Of a DNA stretch of 64,000 nucleotides, positions 50,657 to 58,855 are shown piece by piece (positions within the stretch are counted from its first letter, which is position 1; each line of letters opens with the position of its first letter). A program made the position numbers and the translations under genes. This DNA is from an uncultured Gemmatimonadales bacterium. Its GTDB lineage: Bacteria > Gemmatimonadota > Gemmatimonadetes > Longimicrobiales > RSA9. The stretch is taken from NCBI GenBank assembly GCA_963816355.1, contig CAWFKH010000003.1:1344001-1408000 (forward strand), in the 5' to 3' direction. Under the pieces are notes generated by a model. The model was not told the origin of the DNA and made no database searches. It was given only the letters and a program-made list of their open reading frames with translations.

Positions 50657-52075
50657 ATGCCACGCCACGAAGTTCGCGCATGCTTGATGCTCACGATCGC
50701 GTTCGCGAGCGTGCCTTTGGCGCCTGCGGCCGCGCTGCTCGCGCAGGAGCCGACGGGCGACGGCGTGTGGGTAGAGCCGGCGTCCGACACGCTCACGCTG
50801 CGGGAAGCGGTGCAGGAGGCGGTGGGGCGGAGCCCGCAGATCCGGACGGCCGCATCGCAGGTGACGTCGGCGGGCGCCGGGCGATGGGACAGCTGGGGCC
50901 GACTGCTGCCGTCGCTCACGGTCGGGAGCAGTCTCAATCAGCAGGCGCAGCTTTCGCGCACCGGCACGGACCCGATCACCGGTGCGATCGTGCAGCTTCC
51001 GGACTCTCTGATCGAGCAGCGCCTCTCGTTCGGCACCGCGGCGAGCATGACGCTCAACTGGACGGTCTTCGACGGAGGGCAACGCTACTTCGCGATCCGC
51101 GCGGCCAACCTGCAGACGAGCGCGGCGGAGCGGTCGCTGGACGCGGCGCGGGCGCGCGTCGAGGCGGGGGCGACGCTGGCGTACCTCGACGCGCTCGAGG
51201 CGGAGGCGCAGCGGCGCGTGCGCGCGGCGGACGTCGAGCAGACGAAATCGCTGCTGGAGCTGGCGCAGGGACGCTACGATACGGGCCAGGCGCCGGAGAT
51301 CGAGGTGCTGCAGGCGCGCGTCGCATCCAACAGCGCGGAGCTCGACCTGCAGGATGCGCAGCTCGCCGCGGAGGACGCGCGGCTGGCGCTCGGGCAGTAC
51401 GTCGGGCCGATCGGCGCGGATGTCGCGCTGGTCGACCCGGCCGATTCGGTGCCCTACGGCGCGAGCGACGTCGCGATGCTGCGCCAGTGCGCGATCGAGG
51501 GGAGCGGCGAGCTGGCCTCGCTGCGGGCGCAGGAGCGGGCGGCGGCGAAGTCGAACACGGCGGCGAGATGGTCCTTCCTTCCGACGGTCGACGTGAGCGC
51601 AACGTGGGTGCGCACCGAGTTCGGTCAGAGCCGCGATGCGCTCACGCTGAACCCGCGCAACCAGCAGACGTACTACTCGCTGTCGCTGCAGTGGCAGCCG
51701 TTCCAGCAGCCGGGTCGCTTCGTCGCGGACCGCCAGCGTGCCGCGGCGGCGGCAGTGCAGGCGGAGGCGCAGCTCGCGACGCGACAGCCGGAGATCCTGC
51801 GGCAGGTCGAGGTCGCGCTGACCCGGCTGCGGCGGGCCCGCCTGCAGCGGCAGCGGGCGGAGCTGAACGAGGAGCTGGCGAAGAAGCAGCGCGAGCAGGC
51901 GGCGGACCGCTATCGCTACGGCGCCGCGCCGATCACCGAGACGCTGCAGGCCGAGTCGCTCGCGCGGGAGGCCGAGCGGCTGGCGGTGGTGGCGCGCCTG
52001 GCGGACCGGCGTGCGATCGCGGAGCTGGAGCAGGCGGCGGGGATGCGCGTCGAGCGGTGCGGCGAGGGCCGCTGA
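50657..52075 (+). CDS. TolC-family outer membrane efflux protein
   Basis: Signal peptide, LTLREAVQEA, LLPSL, WTVFDGG, second repeat FLPTVDVS, RYRYG. Confidence 0.88.
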   Translation: MPRHEVRACLMLTIAFASVPLAPAAALLAQEPTGDGVWVEPASDTLTLREAVQEAVGRSPQIRTAASQVTSAGAGRWDSWGRLLPSLTVGSSLNQQAQLSRTGTDPITGAIVQLPDSLIEQRLSFGTAASMTLNWTVFDGGQRYFAIRAANLQTSAAERSLDAARARVEAGATLAYLDALEAEAQRRVRAADVEQTKSLLELAQGRYDTGQAPEIEVLQARVASNSAELDLQDAQLAAEDARLALGQYVGPIGADVALVDPADSVPYGASDVAMLRQCAIEGSGELASLRAQERAAAKSNTAARWSFLPTVDVSATWVRTEFGQSRDALTLNPRNQQTYYSLSLQWQPFQQPGRFVADRQRAAAAAVQAEAQLATRQPEILRQVEVALTRLRRARLQRQRAELNEELAKKQREQAADRYRYGAAPITETLQAESLAREAERLAVVARLADRRAIAELEQAAGMRVERCGEGR

Positions 52076-52109
52076 TCCGGCGAGTCGTTGCATCCGACGC
52101 GGCCGGCGC

Positions 52110-52388
52110 TCAATCGAGGCTCGCGAGCCGCGTCCGGGGCCGTTCGTCGCTCAGCCGCTCGACGAACTGCATGCGATCCTCGAGGAGATCGAGGCGCGTG
52201 TTGAGGCGGTCGAACAGCGCCGTGACGCGCTCGACGTCGACCGCTTCCGGGGAACGCTCGGGGTCCTTGCGGCCCTTGAGGTCGCGCGCCATCGCGTCGA
52301 GGTAGCGGCCGAGCGGCTTCGTGATCGGCCGCAGGATCATCACCCCCGCCACGCAGAAAAACAGGACGATCGGAATCAGGTTGTCCAT
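52110..52388 (-). CDS. Small membrane protein with coiled coil (PspB-like)
   Basis: GGAGGAG RBS; one TM then RLDLLEDRMQFVERL; 92 aa. Confidence 0.72.
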   Translation of the reverse strand: MDNLIPIVLFFCVAGVMILRPITKPLGRYLDAMARDLKGRKDPERSPEAVDVERVTALFDRLNTRLDLLEDRMQFVERLSDERPRTRLASLD

Positions 52389-52437
52389 CGAGCTCCTCCG
52401 TCGCTGCGCCCAGTGCTCCGTTACCTGCTTCCCACCG

Positions 52438-52464
52438 TACGGCCGCTGCGCGGCGCGGGTTTCA
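52438..52464 (-). promoter_or_regulatory. ECF (SigW-like) promoter
   Basis: Minus strand TGAAAC (52464-52459)-N17-CGTA (52441-52438), about 50 nt upstream of ATG 52388. Confidence 0.55.
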
Positions 52465-53703
52465 CAGGGGACCGTGGCGTCGCACCTGGGGCCACACGCG
52501 GGCGACGATCGCGACGACGACGAGGCTTCCCACGCCCCCCAGCACGACCGAAGCGACGGGGCCGAAGAGCGCGGCCGTCGCTCCCGATTCGAAGCCACCC
52601 AGCTCGTTGGACGTCCCGATGAAGAGACTGTTGATCGCGCCCACGCGGCCGCGCAGGTCGTCGGGCGTGAGCACCTGCACGAGCGTGCTGCGAACCACCA
52701 CGCTCACCATGTCGAAAGCGCCCACGAGGGCGAGCATGAGGAGCGAGAGCGGGAAGGAGCGCGACACGCCGAAGACGACGGTCGCGACGCCGAAGCCGGC
52801 GACCGCGCGCAGCAGCGAACGCCCCGCGCGCGGCATCGGGCGGCGGTGCGCGATGAAGAGCGCGGTGAGCAGCGCGCCCACGGCGGGCGCCGCGAGCATC
52901 CAGCCGAGTCCCTGCGGGCCGACGCGAAGGATGTCCTTCGCGTACACGGGCAGCAGCATCGTCGCGCCTCCGAGCAGGACCGCGAACATGTCCAGGGTGA
53001 TGATCGCGAGCAGGATCGGGGTCCTCCACAGGAAGCGGATGCCGGCGATCAGCGATTCGAGGCCGACGACGTCGCGGCGGCGCTCGAACGGCCGCGGTCG
53101 GACGGGCCGCAGGAGGAGAGCGAAGCTCGCTGCGGTGAGCGCGGCGAGCAGGTAGACGGGGAAGGCACGATGGAAGGCCGCGATCATGGCGCCGCCGAGC
53201 GCGGGCCCCACGACTGCCGCGAGCTGAAACGCGCCGCTGCGCCACGTCGCACCGTTGCCGAGCAGGTCGAGCGGCAGCAGTTGCGGCTGCAGCGAATCCT
53301 TGGCCGGTCCGTTGAAGGAGCGGCCGATGCCGTTGAGCACGAGGAGCGCGTAGAAGATGGCGAGGTGGGCGTGTCGCAAAGTGACGAGGGCGAGCCCGAT
53401 GGAGCTGGCCATCATCAGCGCCTGCGCGACGGCAAGGACGCGCTTGCGGGCGAAACGATCGGCGATCTGGCCGGCGGGCAGGGTGAGGGCGAAGATCGGC
53501 ACGACCTGGGCGAGCCCCACGGCTCCGAGGGCGAGGGTGGAGCCGGTCCGCTCGTAGAGATCCCATCCCACGGCGACGGTCTGCATCTGGACGCCCATGC
53601 TGGCGAGGAAGCTGCCCAGCAGGAAGCGGCGGAATCCCGCGTGGCGCAGCGCCGCGTAGGGGTCCGCGCGCCCGTCGCCGGCGGGCGCCTCGGCGCCGCT
53701 CAC
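52462..53703 (-). CDS. MFS transporter (EntS/MFS_3-like)
   Basis: AGQIADRFARK motif A, LDMFAVLLGG, TPDDLRGRV, SNELGGFESG; about 12 TM. Confidence 0.92.
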   Translation of the reverse strand: MSGAEAPAGDGRADPYAALRHAGFRRFLLGSFLASMGVQMQTVAVGWDLYERTGSTLALGAVGLAQVVPIFALTLPAGQIADRFARKRVLAVAQALMMASSIGLALVTLRHAHLAIFYALLVLNGIGRSFNGPAKDSLQPQLLPLDLLGNGATWRSGAFQLAAVVGPALGGAMIAAFHRAFPVYLLAALTAASFALLLRPVRPRPFERRRDVVGLESLIAGIRFLWRTPILLAIITLDMFAVLLGGATMLLPVYAKDILRVGPQGLGWMLAAPAVGALLTALFIAHRRPMPRAGRSLLRAVAGFGVATVVFGVSRSFPLSLLMLALVGAFDMVSVVVRSTLVQVLTPDDLRGRVGAINSLFIGTSNELGGFESGATAALFGPVASVVLGGVGSLVVVAIVARVWPQVRRHGPL

Positions 53704-53710
53704 GTCGCGC

Positions 53711-53726
53711 CGGTATGCAGGTTGCA
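53711..53726 (+). promoter_or_regulatory. Candidate sigma54 promoter for SPW gene
   Basis: CGGTATGCAGGTTGCA with GG-N10-GC and TTGCA, about 40 nt upstream of ATG 53767. Confidence 0.5.
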
Positions 53727-53766
53727 CGCTCTGGCGCTCGAACGTGACTCGTACCGGAGGTGATTC

Positions 53767-54102
53767 ATGTTCAGTGCATGGATCGTAGGGCTCGCCGGGA
53801 TCTGGATGTTCATCACCCCGTTCATCGGCTTCACATCCCTCGGCTACGCCTGGATCGACTGGATCGTCGGCGTCGTCGTCGCCATCTTCGGCTTCAGCAT
53901 GGTGTCCCGGGCTCCGTGGCAGGGCTGGGTGGCCGGCGTGGCCGCGGTCTGGCTGTTCGTCTCGGGCTTCATCCCGGGTCTGCTGGTGACGCCCGGCGTA
54001 TGGTGGAACGACCTCGTCATCGGCGTCGTTTTCGCGATCTGCGGCTTCGCCGCTCTCGGCGTCCGCCGCCCGACGACGCACTCCACCACGACCGCGGCTT
54101 AG
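53767..54102 (+). CDS. SPW-repeat-like small membrane protein
   Basis: GGAGGTGA RBS; two repeats (GIWMFITPF..WIDWIVG; AVWLFVSGF..WNDLVIG); 4 TM. Confidence 0.8.
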   Translation: MFSAWIVGLAGIWMFITPFIGFTSLGYAWIDWIVGVVVAIFGFSMVSRAPWQGWVAGVAAVWLFVSGFIPGLLVTPGVWWNDLVIGVVFAICGFAALGVRRPTTHSTTTAA

Positions 54103-54274
54103 CATCGACGGTCGCCCGTTCGTGACGCCTGCCCGGGCGTGACGCGCGCGCCTCGCGGTCGCGCGAGCGCGTAGCATATCGGGCCGGCGTCGGCGGCGAC
54201 AGGGAGGAATCGGGACGCGGGACGGCCGTGTCCCGGTCTTCCTGTCGCACGCGCCATTCTACGCAGCCGCGGAG

Positions 54275-55753
54275 GTGGTCCTGGCCCGTACGATCGAAGT
54301 CGTACCGCGCCCCACACTCGACGACTACATGGCGGTCGCGCACCTGGCTCCGCTCGTCCGCGAGCTGCAGGCCGAGGCACAGCCGATCGCGCGCGCCCTC
54401 GCCGGCCGCACGCTCTGGATGGTCAACTCGACCGAGCAGGGCGGCGGCGTCGCCGAGATGCTGCCCACGATGGTCGCCCTGCTGCGGGAGCTGGGAATCT
54501 CGACCGAGTGGGTGGTGATCGAGGCCGAGGAGCCCGCCTTCTTCCGCATCACGAAGCAGCTCCACAACCTGATCCACGGCAGCGGTGAGGCGGACCTGGG
54601 GGCGTCGGAGCGCGACGTCTACGAGGCGGTCAACCGGCGCAACGCGGCCGAGCTGCGCCCGCTGCTTCACGCCGGCGACATCCTCGCCGTGCACGACCCG
54701 CAGCCGATGCCGCTCGCCGGGATGCTGCGCGACGCCGACCTGACATGCATCTGGCGCTGCCACATCGGACTGGACGACGAGACGCCGGAGACGCGCACCG
54801 CGTGGGAGTTCCTCGCGCCGTACGCGGCCGCCTACGACCAGGCGATCTTCTCCGCGCCCGAATACATTCCGCGTTTCTTCCGACACCGCTCGCGTGTCCT
54901 CTATCCCGCCATCGACCCACTCACGGACAAGAACCGCGAGTTGCCGCTCCACAAGCTCGTCGGCGTGCTCGCGAACGCCGCCCTCGTCCGCGATACGGGT
55001 CCCGTCCTGACGCCGCCCTACGACCACCTGGCGCGCCGACTCGCGCCGTCCGGTGTCTTCGAGGCCGCGAACGGGCACGACGAGATCGGCGTCCTCAGCC
55101 GCCCGATCGTCACGCAGATCTCGCGCTGGGACCGGCTCAAGGGTTACCTGCCGCTGCTGCGCGCGTTCGCCCTGCTCAAGGAACGCGCCCGCGCCCGCGG
55201 CGGCGACGGCGTCCAGGCCCGGCGCCTCCACCTGACGCGGCTCGTCCTCGCCGGCCCCGACCCGGATGCCGTCGCCGACGACCCCGAGGGCGTCGTCGTG
55301 ATCGAGGAGCTGCGGCGCGCCTATCTCGATCTCCCAGCGGAGCTGCAGCGCGACGTCGCGATCCTCGCCCTCCCGATGGTGGATCGACGACAGAACGCGC
55401 TCATGGTCAACGCACTCCAGCGCGCGAGCTCGATCGTGGTGCAGAACTCGCTGCGCGAGGGGTTCGGACTGACGATCGCGGAAGCGATGTGGAAGCGCGT
55501 GCCGGTGCTGAGCAACACGCGCGCCTGCGGCCCGCGCCAGCAGGTCCGCGACCGGATCGACGGGCGCATGGTTCGCGACCCGACGGCGCCGGAAACGCTG
55601 GCGTCGGCGCTGAACGAGATGCTCGCCGCCTCCGGGCTGCGCGAGACGTGGGGCCGCAGCGGGCAGCGCAGGGTGCACGACCAGTTCCTCATCTTCACCC
55701 AGCTGCGGGGCTGGCTCCAGCTTCTCAACGAGTGCGCGATCGCGCGGTGCTGA
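54275..55753 (+). CDS. GT4 glycosyltransferase, trehalose synthase TreT-like
   Basis: MVNSTEQGGGVAE, VHDPQP, IWRCHI, PAIDPL, QISRWDRLKG, QNSLREGFGLTIAEAMWK. Confidence 0.88.
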   Translation: MVLARTIEVVPRPTLDDYMAVAHLAPLVRELQAEAQPIARALAGRTLWMVNSTEQGGGVAEMLPTMVALLRELGISTEWVVIEAEEPAFFRITKQLHNLIHGSGEADLGASERDVYEAVNRRNAAELRPLLHAGDILAVHDPQPMPLAGMLRDADLTCIWRCHIGLDDETPETRTAWEFLAPYAAAYDQAIFSAPEYIPRFFRHRSRVLYPAIDPLTDKNRELPLHKLVGVLANAALVRDTGPVLTPPYDHLARRLAPSGVFEAANGHDEIGVLSRPIVTQISRWDRLKGYLPLLRAFALLKERARARGGDGVQARRLHLTRLVLAGPDPDAVADDPEGVVVIEELRRAYLDLPAELQRDVAILALPMVDRRQNALMVNALQRASSIVVQNSLREGFGLTIAEAMWKRVPVLSNTRACGPRQQVRDRIDGRMVRDPTAPETLASALNEMLAASGLRETWGRSGQRRVHDQFLIFTQLRGWLQLLNECAIARC

Positions 55754-55768
55754 TTCGACGCCACGACG

Positions 55769-55801
55769 ACGACGGGCCGGGGGTGACCCCCGGCCCGTCG
55801 T
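55769..55801. terminator. Perfect hairpin between convergent genes
   Basis: acgacgggccggggg-tga-cccccggcccgtcgt, 15-bp stem. Confidence 0.75.
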
Positions 55802-55845
55802 TGTGAAAGCGGCGTCCTCGCGGGCGCCGGTCGTAACCGTTCGCG

Positions 55846-56511
55846 TCAGCGACGCTCCAGGCGCTGCGTCACCGTCGCGCTGGGCGCCGGCGTGCTGCCG
55901 CTGTAATCGATCACGAGCGCGACGCGGCGATTGACCATGCCCGCCTCACCGGGACCCTTGGCGCCCGGCTGGACGAGGCGGTCCTTCGACTCGCCGTAGC
56001 TCACGGTGCGGACGAGATCCCCGGTCAGGTTGCCCTGCGAGGTCAGATAATCCTTCACAGCGTCCGCCCGGGCGTTGCCGAGGCGCATGTTGTAGGCGCG
56101 GCTTCCGGCGGGATCGGTGAAGCCCTCCACCGTCACCAGAGCGTTCGGATAGTACTCACGAACGACCGCCGCGAACTTGTCCAGCACCGGGGTGTCCGTC
56201 GAGCGCAGGTCCGCCTTGTCGTAATCGAAATGGACCGGCACGTCGAAGGCGATCATGCCTTCCATCTTCTGGACCGTGACGTTGAACTTGTCCTGGAGGT
56301 CGTTCAGTTGCGTCTGCAGCTGGTCGACGCGGCCGGACACCTGGTCGATCCGGTTGCCCAACGCCTGATCCCCCGACTCCATCTGCTGCCGCACGCTGGC
56401 GATTTCAGCCTGCACGTCCTTCTTCTTCGCGTATCCGCACGCCGTGGCCAGACCTGTGAGCGCCACCACGCCGACTCCCACGATCCGCATCATCGCGTGT
56501 CGTTTCAACAT
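55846..56511 (-). CDS. OmpA/Pal-family lipoprotein with coiled-coil linker
   Basis: CAGGAGG RBS, lipobox LATAC, heptad region, VHFDYDK, VEGFTD, NMRLGNARA, SYGE, NRRV. Confidence 0.92.
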   Translation of the reverse strand: MLKRHAMMRIVGVGVVALTGLATACGYAKKKDVQAEIASVRQQMESGDQALGNRIDQVSGRVDQLQTQLNDLQDKFNVTVQKMEGMIAFDVPVHFDYDKADLRSTDTPVLDKFAAVVREYYPNALVTVEGFTDPAGSRAYNMRLGNARADAVKDYLTSQGNLTGDLVRTVSYGESKDRLVQPGAKGPGEAGMVNRRVALVIDYSGSTPAPSATVTQRLERR

Positions 56512-56754
56512 CGGTTGATCCTCCTGTAGGTGTCGTCTGGAGCGCATCACGTCCCGCCAAGGGTCGGATGCGCCGCGTCTGCCGTTGTGTGGGGCGGATG
56601 CAAGAGCCGTGCTCCGCTGGCCGGGACCCAACTTCGATCGGCTCGCCTCGCGCCGCAACCCCTCGCACCGGGATCGCCTCGCCCCCCCGCCGCGATTGCG
56701 GCCCACGGTTTGCGCTGAAGGGCATCTCGCACGAGTGAGAGCCAGAGGAGCGAG

Positions 56755-57156
56755 ATGGACGGACGGCAGAGCGAGAAGTGGGGAGCAGCGACGACGCAGT
56801 TGCTGAACGCGATCGACCGGCAGATCTCGGCGCTCCGGGAGCACGAGAATCCGCCCTTCAACCAGGCGGTGCTGCTCCACCGCGCACGGATCGAGATCGA
56901 GCGGCTTTGGGCCGCCGAGCCGGACACACCGCGCGACGTCCCGCCGCGGAAGGATGAATCTCGCCGCGCGGTGCTGATCCTTCCGGGTGAGCGGCCGCGT
57001 CGACGGCGCAGGCGATCCCCGTGGCGCAGGCTGTTCGCGGAAGACGGCCCTGGAAGCGCACGCGCGTGGCTCGCAAGGCTCTCGGATGCGATCGCGCCGG
57101 CGGCCTTCGCCACCCCCTCCGGCGGCGAGCCGGCCGAGGCGTCGCGCGGCCGCTGA
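56755..57156 (+). CDS. Hypothetical protein
   Basis: AGGAG RBS before ATG; helical N-terminal half; fills the gap divergent from the OmpA gene; no motif recognised. Confidence 0.55.
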   Translation: MDGRQSEKWGAATTQLLNAIDRQISALREHENPPFNQAVLLHRARIEIERLWAAEPDTPRDVPPRKDESRRAVLILPGERPRRRRRRSPWRRLFAEDGPGSARAWLARLSDAIAPAAFATPSGGEPAEASRGR

Positions 57157-57196
57157 TCCGGCCCTCGGCGCGGCGGCGTCCGCCGCACTCCAGCCG

Positions 57197-57312
57197 CCGC
57201 ACGCCTCGGGCCATGGACACCGCACGCCTCGGGCCATGGACACCGCCCGCCTCGCCATGCGCGCCGCCCGCGTCGCTATGCACGCCGCACGTCTCGGGCA
57301 TGGACGCCGCCC
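57197..57312. repeat. 21-23-bp tandem repeat, about 5 decaying copies
   Basis: ccgcacgcctcgggccatggaca exact at 57197 and 57220; variants at 57243, 57264, 57285. Confidence 0.85.
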
Positions 57313-57331
57313 GACCGCCGCCCGGATCCAC

Positions 57332-57360
57332 TTGCCCGCGGCCGCGGCCGCGGTCATGAT
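57332..57360 (+). promoter_or_regulatory. Candidate sigma70 promoter for tRNA-Val
   Basis: TTGCCC-N17-CATGAT ending 9 nt before the tRNA. Confidence 0.55.
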
Positions 57361-57369
57361 TCGAGGCGC

Positions 57370-57444
57370 GCGGGGTTAGCTCAGCCGGTTCAGAGCGCTG
57401 CCCTTACAAGGCAGAGGTCGCAGGTTCGAATCCTGCACCCCGCA
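57370..57444 (+). tRNA. tRNA-Val (anticodon TAC); CCA not encoded
   Basis: Acceptor GCGGGGT/ACCCCGC, D-arm GCTC/GAGC, anticodon arm CTGCC-CTTACAA-GGCAG, T-arm GCAGG-TTCGAAT-CCTGC. Confidence 0.96.
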
Positions 57445-57554
57445 CTCCCTCCTTCCCGACCCGCCGTCCCTCCTTCCCGACCCCGAAAACGCGACACGCG
57501 GCCGCCGGCCCCCGAACGGATACGGCGCGGAGGCAGCGTCGGACCCGGCGTGCG

Positions 57555-57752
57555 TCAGAGGATGATGGCGAGCGGGATGAGAACGACGTAGCCGAGGACG
57601 AGCAGCAGGGGCGCGAGCACGGTGGACGCGTTGGCGACGAGGATGTAGCCGAGCGTGATCGAGGCGAGCCCCGTGACGAGGAGGATCCAGTTGATGCGGG
57701 AGAACCGGAGCGAGGGCTGCCTCGCTCCGCGGCGTTTGAGGTCGCGTGCCAT
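57555..57752 (-). CDS. Small two-TM membrane protein (DUF3098-like)
   Basis: FSRINWILL..GYIL..LAPLLLVLGYVVLIP pattern; 65 aa. Confidence 0.75.
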   Translation of the reverse strand: MARDLKRRGARQPSLRFSRINWILLVTGLASITLGYILVANASTVLAPLLLVLGYVVLIPLAIIL

Positions 57753-57784
57753 GTCGCGGAAGGTGACAGGATCGAGGACGATGG

Positions 57785-58849
57785 TCAAGCCGTGGGCGCG
57801 GGCGGCTCCTCGTCCTGCTCTTCCATCCAGAACGCCGGTTCATCGGGCGGTTCCGACTCACCGAGACGCCGCATTCGCAGGCGGTCGGTACGGCGGCGCC
57901 GCAGCCAGAGGACGAGCAGCAGGAGCGAGGCGAAGAACCAGAACACGGCCGCCTGCGAGAAGAAGAACGCCCAGCCGTAGCGTCGTCGAACGAAGCGGCG
58001 CCAATCCTCCTCGAACTGGCCGACGGTGACGCCGTAAGTGGCGCGCAGCGCGCCCTCCATGTCACCCCGCGCGCGCCAGCGCGCCAGGAAGTCCCGCATG
58101 CCGGGCGTGCCGCTCGCCTCGAGCAGATATTCGACGGCCGTCGCGGAGAGGAGATATGCGAGGCGGGCCCGCGCCTCCCCGCCGGGCCACGAGAGGTCCA
58201 GAGAGTCGAGCGGCGGCGCGCGGTGGAGCGCGAACGCCAGGCGGATCTGCCAGGCGGAGGCGGCGTCGAACTCGCCCGCCGCGACCTGGGCGTAACCCTC
58301 GTCGAACCAACGTGGCGGCGACGCAGGGGCGAGGAAGCGGTGCAGCGCGATGTGGGCGAGTTCGTGGCGCAGCGTCGAGCCGAGCGCGCCGATGTCGCCC
58401 CGACGGGATGCGTAAGCGGGAAGCACGATCCACTGCGACGCGGGGATCGCGACGCCCCCGGCCCACTCCGGCGCGCGTCCGCCGGTGAGCGCGTCGAAGG
58501 CGGCCGCGTCCGGGGCGAGCCAGACGACAACGCGCGTCGTATCGGTGAGCGGCCCGATCCCCGGCGGAGGGGGCGACGCCGCGGCCGCGTCCGCGAGGCG
58601 ACGCGCCAGGACCGACTGCCGGGCCGTGAAGCGAAGTACGGCGGGCGGGGTCGTGGCGACCGGCATCGTCTGCGTGAGGGAGCCGAACGGCGGCGAATGT
58701 GGTCCCGTCGGTCGCGGCACCGGGGCGGCGGCCTGCCGGACCCCGAGCGCGGAGAGTGTACCGCGCGCGCCGGGCACGATCGCGACGGCGGCCACGGTGA
58801 CGGCCGCGGCCAGGAGCCGGCGGCAGAGCCGGCGCTGCTCGCCTGCCAT
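57785..58849 (-). CDS. Membrane-anchored peptidase MA-like (gluzincin) protein
   Basis: Signal-like N-terminus, PEWAGGVA, RHELAH (HExxH), PRWFDEG, C-terminal TM. Confidence 0.82.
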   Translation of the reverse strand: MAGEQRRLCRRLLAAAVTVAAVAIVPGARGTLSALGVRQAAAPVPRPTGPHSPPFGSLTQTMPVATTPPAVLRFTARQSVLARRLADAAAASPPPPGIGPLTDTTRVVVWLAPDAAAFDALTGGRAPEWAGGVAIPASQWIVLPAYASRRGDIGALGSTLRHELAHIALHRFLAPASPPRWFDEGYAQVAAGEFDAASAWQIRLAFALHRAPPLDSLDLSWPGGEARARLAYLLSATAVEYLLEASGTPGMRDFLARWRARGDMEGALRATYGVTVGQFEEDWRRFVRRRYGWAFFFSQAAVFWFFASLLLLVLWLRRRRTDRLRMRRLGESEPPDEPAFWMEEQDEEPPAPTA

Positions 58850-58855
58850 GCGGGC

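Noticed and set aside
56599..56614. Sigma54-like GAGCACGGCTCTTGCA upstream of the OmpA gene (minus strand)
   Set aside because: Good -12 and spacing, but the near-invariant -24 GG reads AG; too uncertain to call.
57197..57312. Repeat arrays (also 39739 and 45384) as CRISPR
   Set aside because: Units are directly adjacent with no unique spacers, and no cas genes are present.
57370..57444. tRNA-Val as integration site of a genomic island
   Set aside because: No integrase or duplicated tRNA 3' end in the window; flanking genes look chromosomal.
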